From: an uncultured delta proteobacterium | GTDB taxonomy: Bacteria > Myxococcota_A > Polyangia > Palsa-1104 | Reading direction: 5' to 3' | Assembly (NCBI GenBank): GCA_963785725.1 | Contig: CAWAWS010000038.1 | Location: 19,397 to 83,396, forward strand | DNA: 64,000 nt | In this document: in pieces, positions 45,285 to 54,310 of the stretch | Position numbering within the stretch: position 1 is the first letter of the stretch | Layout: every line of letters begins with the position of its first letter | Position numbers and translations under genes: made by a program | Notes under the pieces: generated by a model | What the model saw: only the letters and a program-made list of their open reading frames with translations | Database searches by the model: none | Told to the model about the DNA's origin: nothing

Positions 45285-46397
45285 CTAGGTTACAGCCCCA
45301 GCGGCTGATTTCGCAGGGTTAGCGATCGCAATCTTCGCCGGCTTCTCGTCTAGGTACCAGCGGCGCTTGTTCACGAAGGCGACCACGAGCCCGATGGTCG
45401 CGACGGCGACCGCGGCCGCGTCACACGAACGAGACACGAATGTCGTCGGCGCCAGCCAGGCCGCGGCCAAGAGCACGATCTCGCCACCGACGCGCAGTCC
45501 CCACTTCGCCGCCGAATCTTCGGCGTGATGATGCGAGAGCAGGTTGTCGAGACCGCCGTGCGCGAGCTCGAAGGCCATGATGAGGATGAGCATCCACGAC
45601 GGCGAATCGGCGCGCGCCTGCGCCAGCACGGCGACGATGGGCAGCGCGATCGAGGTCGTCAAGCGCACGAGGTCGCTGGCGTCGATGGCGCCGCGGCCGC
45701 GCAAGTTGCCGACGGACACGAGATAGCCGAGGCCGCTGACCCAGGTGAGGCCGACGATGAAGTACATCAGCGCGACGGCGGTGACGTGCGCGCCCAAGTC
45801 GTGGTGGACGAGGAACACGATCGAGAACGAGACGGCGAAGAAGCCGGCGCCCTTCCAGCGGCGATTGGCGAAGGCGCGCAAGACGACGTAGCCGACGATG
45901 GGCGCGGCCGCGAGGATGCCGAAGAACCAGTCGAGGAACGTCGGCGTGGCGACGGAGAGCAGCATCAGCACGCCGACGCCGCACATCTGCACCCAGGTTT
46001 TGTAGCGGGCGAGATAGGTCGACTTGAGCGGCGTATCGCGCTTTTCGTAGGAGCTGCGCGCGGCCGTGATGAAGAACTCACGCACGAACAAGAGCGCCAC
46101 CAGCCACGACGGCACCCAGTGCAGGTCGACGGCGGGCAAGAACGTCGCCGCCAGAAAGACCTTGTCGGCGATGGGGTCCATGAGCCCGCCGAGCACCGTC
46201 GGGCCTTGCTTGCGCGCCAAGTAGCCGTCGACGGTATCGGTCAGCCCGAGAATCGTCGCGAAGATGAGCGCGACGTATTGCCCATGCGTGCCTTGGTAGA
46301 GCAGCCAGGCGGGGATGGGAATCAGCGCCAGTCGCACCAGCGTGACTTGATTGGCGGTGATGAGCGGCTTTTTCGGCTGATTTACAGGCACCGACAC
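45285..46397 (-). CDS. CDP-alcohol phosphatidyltransferase with extended membrane C-terminus
   Basis: ANQVTLVR, TDTVDGYLAR, LGGLMDPIADK signature; about 370 aa. Confidence 0.88.
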   Translation of the reverse strand: MSVPVNQPKKPLITANQVTLVRLALIPIPAWLLYQGTHGQYVALIFATILGLTDTVDGYLARKQGPTVLGGLMDPIADKVFLAATFLPAVDLHWVPSWLVALLFVREFFITAARSSYEKRDTPLKSTYLARYKTWVQMCGVGVLMLLSVATPTFLDWFFGILAAAPIVGYVVLRAFANRRWKGAGFFAVSFSIVFLVHHDLGAHVTAVALMYFIVGLTWVSGLGYLVSVGNLRGRGAIDASDLVRLTTSIALPIVAVLAQARADSPSWMLILIMAFELAHGGLDNLLSHHHAEDSAAKWGLRVGGEIVLLAAAWLAPTTFVSRSCDAAAVAVATIGLVVAFVNKRRWYLDEKPAKIAIANPAKSAAGAVT

Positions 46398-46474
46398 GCG
46401 CGGAACATACCGCACTTGCGCCGCCGAGGCCCGATCAAATTGGCGCGATTGGCCAATTTGGAGCGTCGGGGCGC

Positions 46475-47998
46475 TTACTCGCGAGCGGCGAGATATTCGA
46501 CGATGGTCGCCACCGCGAAGCCGGTGCCGCCCTTGCCGATGTGGCCGCTCTCTTTGTCGGCGGCCGCCGGCCCGGCGATGTCGACGTGCACCCACGGCGT
46601 CTCGCCGACGAACTCCTTCAGGAAGAGGCCGGCCGTCAAAGCGCCGCCCCAACGCTCGCCGGTGTTGCGCATGTCGGCGATCTCGCTCTTGAGCTGCTCT
46701 TTCAAGCGCTCCGGCAGCGGCAGGTGCCACATCTCTTCGCCCGACAGCTTCGACGCCGCCAGCCAGCGCTCGACCAGCGACAGATCGTTCCCCATGACGC
46801 CCGCTTGATACGGCCCGAGCGCGATCATGCACGCGCCCGTCAGCGTCGCGAAGTCGAAGATTTCGTCGGGCGCGACTTCCTTGATCGCGTAGGTGATCGC
46901 GTCGCCCAAGGTCAATCGGCCTTCGGCGTCGGTGTTGTTGATCTCGACGGTCTTGCCCGACATCGACTTGAGCACGTCGCCGAGCTTGTACGACTTGCCC
47001 GACGGCATGTTCTCGGTGCAGGCCGCGAACGCGTGCACTTCATAAGGCACGCCGAGCTCGGCCAAGACGCCGATGGCGCCGATGACCGCGGCCGCGCCAG
47101 ACATGTCGATCTTCATGTCCTCCATCGCGCTCGACGGCTTGAGCGACAGGCCGCCCGAGTCGAACGTGACGCCTTTACCGATGAGCGCGATCTTCTTCTT
47201 CGCCGGCGCTTTGCCCTTCGGCCGATAGCTCAGGTGAATGAAGCGCGGCTCCTCTTCCGAGCCCTGCGACACGGCCAAATACATGCCCATGCCCAGCTTC
47301 TGGCACTCTTTCGGGCCCAGCACTTTGATCTCGAGGCCGTGATCCTTGGCCACTTTCGTCGCCACTTCGGCCATCTTCGTCGGCGTCATCTCGCCCGCCG
47401 GCTCGTTGATGAGATCGCGCGCCAACGCCACGCCCTCGGCGACGCGCTGTCCGCGCTGCACGCCGTGCTCGAGCGCCGTCAGCTTGCCGCTCTCGGCCTC
47501 GGCGACGACGATCTTGAATTCAGCGACGGAGAACGGCTTCTTCTTCTCACCGGTCAAATACTTGTCGAACTTGTAGCTGCCGAGCAACGCGCCCTCGGCC
47601 AAGAACTGCGCCGCGCGCTCCGCCGTCGTCGCCGCGCCGCCGTCCAGCGACGGGAACGCCGCCGCGACGTCGGTCGACTGCACGCCCGCCGCCGCCTTGA
47701 CGAGCTTGGCGGCATACCCCCGCAAATCCGCGGGCTGAAAGTCCTTACGCTGCCCGCCACCGACGAGAACCAGCCGCTGCGCGCCCACGCGCCCGTGCGT
47801 GTGCAGCGTCAGCGTCGTCCCTTTTTTGCCTTTGAATTGCTCTTCGGTCGCGATGCGCGTCACCAGCCCGTCGAGCTTGCCGTCGAGGCTCTTGAATGGC
47901 GCGCTATCGGTCAGCTGATCTTCGAAGCAAAGCAGCCCTAAAAGACCGCACGACAGCTTGGTGACGTCGTCGGTGAAGAACGTCAGCTTCAAGTTCAT
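46475..47998 (-). CDS. pepA: Leucyl aminopeptidase (M17)
   Basis: GKGVTFDSGGLSLKP, MKIDMSGAA, NTDAEGRL, DFATLTGA. Confidence 0.97.
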   Translation of the reverse strand: MNLKLTFFTDDVTKLSCGLLGLLCFEDQLTDSAPFKSLDGKLDGLVTRIATEEQFKGKKGTTLTLHTHGRVGAQRLVLVGGGQRKDFQPADLRGYAAKLVKAAAGVQSTDVAAAFPSLDGGAATTAERAAQFLAEGALLGSYKFDKYLTGEKKKPFSVAEFKIVVAEAESGKLTALEHGVQRGQRVAEGVALARDLINEPAGEMTPTKMAEVATKVAKDHGLEIKVLGPKECQKLGMGMYLAVSQGSEEEPRFIHLSYRPKGKAPAKKKIALIGKGVTFDSGGLSLKPSSAMEDMKIDMSGAAAVIGAIGVLAELGVPYEVHAFAACTENMPSGKSYKLGDVLKSMSGKTVEINNTDAEGRLTLGDAITYAIKEVAPDEIFDFATLTGACMIALGPYQAGVMGNDLSLVERWLAASKLSGEEMWHLPLPERLKEQLKSEIADMRNTGERWGGALTAGLFLKEFVGETPWVHVDIAGPAAADKESGHIGKGGTGFAVATIVEYLAARE

Positions 47999-48061
47999 GG
48001 TCAGAGGATCTAGCTCGCGTCCCCGAGGATGTAAAGGTCGATTCCAGCGATGCCAACCGAT

Positions 48062-48130
48062 CCTTTGACCTATAATTAAATTAAATTTGTGCAAATTTGA
48101 TTGACGAAGGATCTAACATCAGGTTAGATC
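48062..48130. promoter_or_regulatory. AT-rich divergent promoter region with two palindromes
   Basis: TATAATTAAATTAAATTTGTGCAAATTT; TTGACG at 48100; GATCTAAC-N5-GTTAGATC. Confidence 0.6.
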
Positions 48131-48167
48131 TTGATCAACCTGACCCTCATAAGGGAGGAGATCCACC

Positions 48168-48275
48168 ATGGCGACGAAGAAGAAGAAAGCTGCAGCGAAG
48201 AAGGCTCCTGCGAAGAAGAAGGCGGGCGCCGCGAAGAAGGCCGTTAAGAAGACCAAGGCCAAGAAAGCCAAGTAA
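48168..48275 (+). CDS. Lys/Ala-rich histone-H1-like microprotein (35 aa)
   Basis: MATKKKKAAAKKAPAKKKAGAAKKAVKKTKAKKAK; GGAGGAG RBS. Not in the ORF track. Confidence 0.8.
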   Translation: MATKKKKAAAKKAPAKKKAGAAKKAVKKTKAKKAK

Positions 48276-48286
48276 GGGGGCCGTCC

Positions 48287-48520
48287 ATGGCCACGAAAAA
48301 GAAAAAGGCGGCTAAAAAGCCTGCCAAGAAGTCGGCGGCCAAGAAGACGGCAAAAAAGGCGCCAGCCAAGAAAGCGGCGCCCAAGAAAGCGGCAGTCAAG
48401 GCCAAGGCAAAACCGGCCAAGACTGCGGCTAAGAAGAAGCCGGCGGCAGCCAAGAAGCCGGCGGCGGCTCCCAAGGCGCCTCCGCCGATGCCGACGCCGA
48501 GCTCGACGTTCACGTTCTAG
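48287..48520 (+). CDS. Lys/Ala/Pro-rich histone-H1-like protein (77 aa)
   Basis: PAKK/AAKK repeats; same MATKKKKAA start as the upstream ORF. Confidence 0.85.
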   Translation: MATKKKKAAKKPAKKSAAKKTAKKAPAKKAAPKKAAVKAKAKPAKTAAKKKPAAAKKPAAAPKAPPPMPTPSSTFTF

Positions 48521-48554
48521 ATCCTCTTCGGGCTCGCGATTGCGAGCCGCTGGG

Positions 48555-48596
48555 GACGGTAAAGGCGGCCCTTGGGTGCCGCCTTTTGCCGTCTTT
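48555..48596 (+). terminator. Terminator hairpin after the histone-like genes
   Basis: GACGGTAAAGGCGGC..GCCGCCTTTTGCCGTC followed by TTT. Confidence 0.7.
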
Positions 48597-48607
48597 GGAG
48601 CTTGAAC

Positions 48608-49060
48608 ATGCGTGGGGCGACGGTGATCGACGTCGGCGGAGCGCAGCTCGGTAAGGCACGAGCGGCGCTCGCACGAGCGGTGGCCTCGGGAGCATTGGGA
48701 TCGGGCTATGCCGTGCGTCGCGACGGTGACGACGGCTTCGTGTTCGTAGGTGCGCGCTCGAGCGGGCCCGACAGCGGCAGTATTCGCGTCGCTGCCGACG
48801 GGCGGGCAACGTGGGAATTACGGCTGCGCGGCGCAGAATCGGCGCGCGCGACGCAGGCGGTAGCCGTGGCGGCGATGGCGAGCATCGTCGGCGCCATTCT
48901 GTTCAGCTGGTACTTCTTCGTCGCGCTGCCCGTCGGTGGCGCAGCGGGAGCGGTGTACGCGGCGATCGCGATCATGGGCGATCGAGCGCACGCCCGTCGC
49001 GGCGTGGCCGCGCTGCTGTCGTCGCTGCCGGTCTTGCTCGCGGACGACGACCCGCGCTGA
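48608..49060 (+). CDS. Hypothetical membrane protein (2 TM)
   Basis: GGAG RBS, C-terminal hydrophobic pair. Confidence 0.6.
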   Translation: MRGATVIDVGGAQLGKARAALARAVASGALGSGYAVRRDGDDGFVFVGARSSGPDSGSIRVAADGRATWELRLRGAESARATQAVAVAAMASIVGAILFSWYFFVALPVGGAAGAVYAAIAIMGDRAHARRGVAALLSSLPVLLADDDPR

Positions 49061-49175
49061 ACGCATACTGCCGACGGCGATTCGGGCTGAACGCATAGCG
49101 CGGCTGCCGACGGCGATTCCGGCTGAACGCATAGCGCGGCTGCCGACGGCGATTCGGGCTGAGCGCATAGCGCGA
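49054..49175. repeat. 36-bp tandem repeat, about 3.3 copies
   Basis: Unit GGCTGAACGCATAGCGCGGCTGCCGACGGCGATTC(G/C); no spacers. Confidence 0.9.
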
Positions 49176-49238
49176 CTTCCAGATCAGTCGATACGTCAGA
49201 TTTCGTGGCGATTGCGCCCGAGCGTGCGACGGCGTGCG

Positions 49239-50576
49239 CTAGTCGTCGCTGCGCGTGGCGAGTAAGCGCTTGAGCCGGTCGGCTTCGAGGCGGACGCGGA
49301 TGGTCTTGCCGCCGGAGTGCGTGACCGAGCCGGGCGCGGATTTCGGCGGCTTGCGCACGTTCTTGCGCGCCACGTAGGTGACGTCGACTTGGCTCTCGCC
49401 GCGCGCCTGCGAGTGGTGCGCGGCCAACGTCGCGGCGTCGAGCAGCGTGTCGCCATCGACGGGGCGGCCGCTCGTCGGCACGACGACGTGCGCGCCGGCG
49501 TAGTCGCGCGTGTGCAGCCACAGGTCGCTGCCGCGCGCGACCTTGAACGTCAGCTCGTCGTTGCGATCGGCGCCGCGCCCGACGAGGATGGTCGCGCCCG
49601 TCGACGACTTGAACTCGCGGTACGGCGGCGGCCGCTCGACGCGACCCGACTTTCCCGGCACCTTTTGCCGCTTGCCGCGCGCCGGCACGACCTCGCCGCG
49701 CACCAGCCGGTCGCGCAGCGCGATCGCCTCCGCCCGTCGCTGCTCGATGTTGGCGCGCGCTCGCGACAGCCGCTTGTGCTCCTTGTAGAAGCCGGCGGCG
49801 TTGTCGCGCGCCGAGCGCGCCGGATCGAGCGGAATGTCGAGCGGCGCGCCGTCGGTGAAGTCGTCGGGCAGCGTGACGCTCGCCGCGCCTTTGGGCACTT
49901 CGTGCAGATGCGCCAGCAGCAGATCGGCCCACTTGCGACGGTCGGCGGCGCTCTCGACGCGGGCGATGTCGCGGTCGAGCGCGGCCACGAGCCGCTCCTG
50001 CTTCTTCAGCGCCGCCCGTCGCTGCGCTTCGATCTGCGCGCGCTCGCGATCCTCCAAGGTCGACGCGTAGTGGGCGGCGATGGCGGCCGACGGCTCGTCG
50101 CGCGGAAAGCGGCGCTCTTTGGTGTCGGGGTTTTCGCGCCGCGGCGGCAGCTCGGCGTGCACGCGCTTGCCCGGCCCGATGTGCGCGATGACGCGGCTGC
50201 CGTCGACGAGCTGCAGCTGCGCGCTGGCGCCGTAGAGGAACAGCCGCAGCCGGCGCACATGATCCTGAAAAGCGAACACCAGCTCGGCCGCGCGCTCGCC
50301 GGGAACCGCGCTCACCGACTGTAACGGCAAGCCCATCAGCTCTTTGCGCAGCAGCATGCAGAACGCCGGCGCCGCTTCGCCCGTGCCCGGCGGCTTGCCG
50401 TCGACGAGGTGCATGCGGCCGGCGCGCGCATCGGCCGAGACGAGCAGCCAGCCGCCGCGCAAGCCGAGCATGACCGTCGTGTCGTCGGGCTGAACTATCT
50501 TTTGGACCGGACGCCCGTCGAGGATGCGGCCGATCTCGCGGGCGACGTCATCGAGCTCGGCAGCGGCGAGGGTCAA
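49239..50576 (-). CDS. rqcH: NFACT/Rqc2-family ribosome quality-control protein (RqcH/FbpA-like)
   Basis: FCMLLRKEL, IPLDP..NAAGFYK, ILVGR..NDELT, LWLHTRDYAGAHV. TTG start inferred. Confidence 0.88.
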   Translation of the reverse strand: MTLAAAELDDVAREIGRILDGRPVQKIVQPDDTTVMLGLRGGWLLVSADARAGRMHLVDGKPPGTGEAAPAFCMLLRKELMGLPLQSVSAVPGERAAELVFAFQDHVRRLRLFLYGASAQLQLVDGSRVIAHIGPGKRVHAELPPRRENPDTKERRFPRDEPSAAIAAHYASTLEDRERAQIEAQRRAALKKQERLVAALDRDIARVESAADRRKWADLLLAHLHEVPKGAASVTLPDDFTDGAPLDIPLDPARSARDNAAGFYKEHKRLSRARANIEQRRAEAIALRDRLVRGEVVPARGKRQKVPGKSGRVERPPPYREFKSSTGATILVGRGADRNDELTFKVARGSDLWLHTRDYAGAHVVVPTSGRPVDGDTLLDAATLAAHHSQARGESQVDVTYVARKNVRKPPKSAPGSVTHSGGKTIRVRLEADRLKRLLATRSDD

Positions 50577-50613
50577 TTGACTGGACCCCAAGCAGGCCGT
50601 ACATTGCCAGTCG

Positions 50614-50793
50614 ATGGCATTGCTGACCGACGAGCTCCTCCAGATCGCCGACGACGCTGCACGCACCCGCCGGCGACTCGACGAGCTGGCGCGTGCCTGC
50701 GCCGAGCTACGCGCACAGCTCGGCCGTAACGATCCGTCTCCAGCGATGGCCACGAATACCGAGTCGGCACGTAAGCTCCAGTCCGTTTCCTAG
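50614..50793 (+). CDS. Small coiled-coil hypothetical protein (59 aa)
   Basis: [37 protein letters not shown]...; fills the gap before the transaldolase gene. Confidence 0.45.
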   Translation: MALLTDELLQIADDAARTRRRLDELARACAELRAQLGRNDPSPAMATNTESARKLQSVS

Positions 50794-50815
50794 CACCGCG
50801 CAAGGGAGGCCTCCA

Positions 50816-51460
50816 ATGAAGTTCTTTATCGACACCGGCGACGTGGGTGAAATTCGCGAAGCGTACGCCATGGGGCTCGTCGACGGCGTGACCACGAATC
50901 CATCGCTGATCGCCAAGAGCGGGCGCAAATACAAGGATGTCGTCGTCGAGATCTGCGAGATCGTCAACGGTCCGATTTCGGCGGAAGTGTTGTCGACGAC
51001 CTACGACGAGATGATGGTCGAGGCGCACGAGTGGCATAAGCTGCACAAGAACATCGTCGTCAAGCTGCCGCTGATTCCCGACGGTTTGAAGGCGGTCAAG
51101 ACCTGTACGGCCGAAGGCATTCGCACCAACGTGACGCTCTGTTTCTCGCCGAATCAGGCGTTGCTGGCGGCGAAGGCGGGCGCTTCGTTCATCTCGCCGT
51201 TCATCGGCCGGCTCGACGACATCAGCGAGACGGGCATGGATCTGATCGAGAAGATCGTGACGATCTATCAGAACTACGACTACAAGACGGAAGTGCTCGT
51301 CGCGTCGGTGCGCAATCCGACGCACGTCGTCGATGCGGCGATGCTCGGCGCCGACGTCTGCACGATTCCGTTCAGCGTCCTGCAGCAGCTCGTCAAGCAT
51401 CCGCTGACCGACATCGGGCTCAAGAAGTTTGTCGAAGACGCCAAGAAGATCCCGAAGTAA
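50816..51460 (+). CDS. fsa: Transaldolase / fructose-6-phosphate aldolase (TalC/MipB)
   Basis: [41 protein letters not shown]. Confidence 0.96.
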   Translation: MKFFIDTGDVGEIREAYAMGLVDGVTTNPSLIAKSGRKYKDVVVEICEIVNGPISAEVLSTTYDEMMVEAHEWHKLHKNIVVKLPLIPDGLKAVKTCTAEGIRTNVTLCFSPNQALLAAKAGASFISPFIGRLDDISETGMDLIEKIVTIYQNYDYKTEVLVASVRNPTHVVDAAMLGADVCTIPFSVLQQLVKHPLTDIGLKKFVEDAKKIPK

Positions 51461-51569
51461 GCCTTCCTGCCGTCGCCCTCGCCTGCCCGGCGCGTCGTCC
51501 GGTTCGCGAATGTGACGACGCGGTGCGATTTAGGCAACGCCCGCCGTTTGTAGTACGATTACGTCGCCC

Positions 51570-52856
51570 ATGGGCCATGTCTACGGCGACTCGACGACCT
51601 TCCCTTACGACATCAACTTCGTCGAGCTGATCCGCCACGCGGTCGACTGTGGAGTGACGCTGATGGCGTCGCAGCATTCGATCGCGACGGCGGTCGATCG
51701 CTCGGGCAACTTCGATCAGCTGCGCAAGCAGGAGCGAGCGCGGCTCGACGCCATGTCGGACGCGGTGAAGCTGACGATGACGGCGTTCATGTCGTCGCAG
51801 TCGGAGCGCATGGTGCGGACGGCGTCGCGCGTGCTCGAGACGGCGCGGGCGGTGATCGAGAGCGAGCTCTCGTCGCTCGAAGGGCAGGCATCGGGCGAAA
51901 TTTCGAACACCCGCGGCACGGTCGATCGGGCGCGCGAGACCTCGTTCCGCGCGGTGGAAGCCTTTGTTTTGCGTCATGATCTGCCGAATACGTCGGTCGG
52001 ATTACGGCTGCTCGCGGGCGAAGAGAGCTACTCCGGGCAAGCGCTCGTGGCCACGCCGTTCGGCATCGAGGCGGTGTTCGCGCTGGCGATTCCGTCGGCG
52101 CACGAGTGGGGCAAGATTCGGCGCGTGGCCGATCTGTCGGCGGGCACCGAAGTGCGCATTCCGCAGGAGTCGGGCTGGCTGTCGAAGCGCGTGGCCGTGG
52201 CCGCGGTGAAGCTCGACAAGCTCATGGTCACCGAAGTGGCGCTGGCGTCGGATCGCTCGCTCATCACCTTGCGTAAAGCGCCGCGCTCGGGCTCGGGGTT
52301 TCAGCTCGAGGTCACGTCGGACAATCGGCCCAAGGCGACGCTGCGGCGGCTCGGCGAAGACGGAAATCCGACGAACGATCCGATCATCGAGCTCGAGGGC
52401 GAAGACGAGATGCACGCGATGCGCTTGTGGAACCGCGTGCTCGATTCGACGCATGATTTGGCGGTGCGGCGGCAGGCGATGACGTCGGCGACGTTCGACG
52501 GCAAGCCGCTGCGCGAGATCGACGAGCCGCAGGCGATCTCGAACAAGCTGATCAACGTGCTGGCGCCGGTGGTGCAGGAGATCGCGCGACGATCGGGTGC
52601 GCCGGGCGAGCTGGTGCTGCGTCGTGACCTCGGCGAAGGGCGGCGCGAGGAGATTTACATCACCAAGGCCGAGCTGCACGAGAAGGTGATGGCGCTGCCG
52701 GCGACGCTGCGGCCGGTGTTCGATCCCTTCGAGCTCTCGGACGGGCCGCGTTCGCCGCGCGCGCCGGCGGCGTCGGAGCCGATCTACATCGACGCCGACG
52801 ACATCGAGGACGAAGTGACCCGCAATCGCGACGACATGGGTCACCGCCGCTCTTGA
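51570..52856 (+). CDS. Hypothetical protein (428 aa)
   Basis: Long ORF with native codon bias; N-terminal YGDSTTFPY, C-terminal PGELVLRRDLGEGRREEIY. Confidence 0.85.
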   Translation: MGHVYGDSTTFPYDINFVELIRHAVDCGVTLMASQHSIATAVDRSGNFDQLRKQERARLDAMSDAVKLTMTAFMSSQSERMVRTASRVLETARAVIESELSSLEGQASGEISNTRGTVDRARETSFRAVEAFVLRHDLPNTSVGLRLLAGEESYSGQALVATPFGIEAVFALAIPSAHEWGKIRRVADLSAGTEVRIPQESGWLSKRVAVAAVKLDKLMVTEVALASDRSLITLRKAPRSGSGFQLEVTSDNRPKATLRRLGEDGNPTNDPIIELEGEDEMHAMRLWNRVLDSTHDLAVRRQAMTSATFDGKPLREIDEPQAISNKLINVLAPVVQEIARRSGAPGELVLRRDLGEGRREEIYITKAELHEKVMALPATLRPVFDPFELSDGPRSPRAPAASEPIYIDADDIEDEVTRNRDDMGHRRS

Positions 52857-52876
52857 CACGCTGAGCGACCGCGCGT

Positions 52877-52896
52877 AACTGACTGAGTAGTCATTT
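52877..52896. promoter_or_regulatory. Palindromic operator upstream of the acyl-CoA dehydrogenase operon
   Basis: AACTGACTGAGTAGTCATTT (TGACT-N4-AGTCA); TTGACA at 52853. Confidence 0.7.
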
Positions 52897-52973
52897 TGGT
52901 GCCGCTGCCGGACTAGGCGCGCCAAACGCGGGCTTTGCATGCGGTCGCGCCGACATTTCGGCTGGAGGCGGGG

Positions 52974-54158
52974 ATGATCTCGTTCGGCCTCGAGGACGAG
53001 CAGCAGCTCGTTCAGGAGACGGTGCGCAAGTTTGCCGCCGAGGAGCTGCGGCCGCGACTGCGCGAATTCGAGCGCACCGGCGTCGACGCGGCGCTGCGGC
53101 GGAAGTTTCACGCGCTGGGCCTCGGGCTCATCGACGTGCCGGAGGCGTATGGCGGGCAGGGCGCGCCGCTGACGACGGCGGTCATCGTGCACGAGGAGCT
53201 GGCGTTCGGCGATCCGGGCGCGGCGGTGGCGTTGCTGGCGCCGCATCTGGCGGCGCAGGCGATCATGCTGCTCGGCGACGAGGCGCAGAAGACGCGCTGG
53301 CTCGGCCGTTTCGCCGCCAGCGACGGCGCCGAGCGCACGGGCGCGCTGGCGTGGGGCGAACGGCAGGCGCCGATCGAAGGCTTCGGCACGACGGCGACGC
53401 GCGTCGACGGCGGCTGGTCGCTCAGCGGCCACAAAGCATTCGTCGTCAACGGCGGCGACGCCGACTTGCACGTCGTGTTCGCGCAGCTCGCCGGCACGCA
53501 AGGTTGGGACGGCATCGCCGCGTTCGTCGTCGAGCACGGCACGGCCGGGCTGCGCGCGGGCGACAAGCATGCGCTGCTCGGCTTGGAAGCGGTGCCGACG
53601 CGCGAGGTCATCCTCGACCAGTGCGTCGTGCCCGATAGTCATCGGCTGCTCGCGCAGGCGGAGATGATCCCGCGTTGCGAGCGGATGTTCGCGCGCTGGA
53701 TGCTGTTCACGGCCGCGCGGCAAGTCGGTCTCGCGCGCGCGGCGTACGAATTCGCGCTCGATTACACGCAAGATCGCAAAGCGTTCGGCAAGCAGGTGGC
53801 GCACTTCCAAGCGATCGCGTTCACGCTGGCGGAGATGGCGATGGACGTCGACGCCGCGCGCTGGATGGTCTGGCGCGCCGCCAGCGAGCTCGACGAAGGC
53901 GGCTGGCCGTCGACGGTCGCGGCCGCGGCGCACGCCAACGAGGCGGCGTGGCGCGTCGCCGATCATGGCGTGCAGCTGCTCGGCGGCGCCGGCTACGTCA
54001 AAGATTATCCGGTCGAGAAGTGGCTGCGCGACACGAAGGCGCTGGCGCTGTTCGCGCCGCCGTCGGAAATAGCGGAGCTGGCGTTGGCCGGTCACGAATT
54101 GGGCGCGCCGGTCGGCACCGGGTTGCCGTCGACAGCGCTGCAGCCGTTCTTCACGTGA
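52974..54158 (+). CDS. Acyl-CoA dehydrogenase family protein
   Basis: EELAFGD, LSGHKAFV, RKAFGK..FQAIAF, QLLGGAGYVKDYPVEKWLRD; degenerate C-terminal catalytic region. Confidence 0.92.
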   Translation: MISFGLEDEQQLVQETVRKFAAEELRPRLREFERTGVDAALRRKFHALGLGLIDVPEAYGGQGAPLTTAVIVHEELAFGDPGAAVALLAPHLAAQAIMLLGDEAQKTRWLGRFAASDGAERTGALAWGERQAPIEGFGTTATRVDGGWSLSGHKAFVVNGGDADLHVVFAQLAGTQGWDGIAAFVVEHGTAGLRAGDKHALLGLEAVPTREVILDQCVVPDSHRLLAQAEMIPRCERMFARWMLFTAARQVGLARAAYEFALDYTQDRKAFGKQVAHFQAIAFTLAEMAMDVDAARWMVWRAASELDEGGWPSTVAAAAHANEAAWRVADHGVQLLGGAGYVKDYPVEKWLRDTKALALFAPPSEIAELALAGHELGAPVGTGLPSTALQPFFT

Positions 54159-54165
54159 GGATGCG

Positions 54166-54310
54166 ATGATCGACGAGCCGAACGCAGTGAGGCGCGCCGC
54201 AGCTCCGAGGCTGTGCCGTGGAGCTTGCTCGCTATGATCGACGAGCCGAACGCAGTGAGGCGCGCCGCAGCTCCGAGGCTGTGCCGTGGAGATTGCTCGT
54301 TATGATCGAC
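54166..54310 (+). repeat. Two tandem 68-bp MIRU-like units, each a 23-aa mini-ORF with ATGA overlaps
   Basis: ATGATCGAC at 54166, 54234 and 54302; units near-identical; each ends ..TA TGA on the next ATG. Confidence 0.88.

Noticed and set aside
49054..49175. Possible CRISPR array (36-bp repeats)
   Set aside because: Units are contiguous with no unique spacers; no cas genes in the window.
52002..54095. 697-aa minus-strand ORF
   Set aside because: Antisense shadow of the acyl-CoA dehydrogenase and upstream hypothetical gene.
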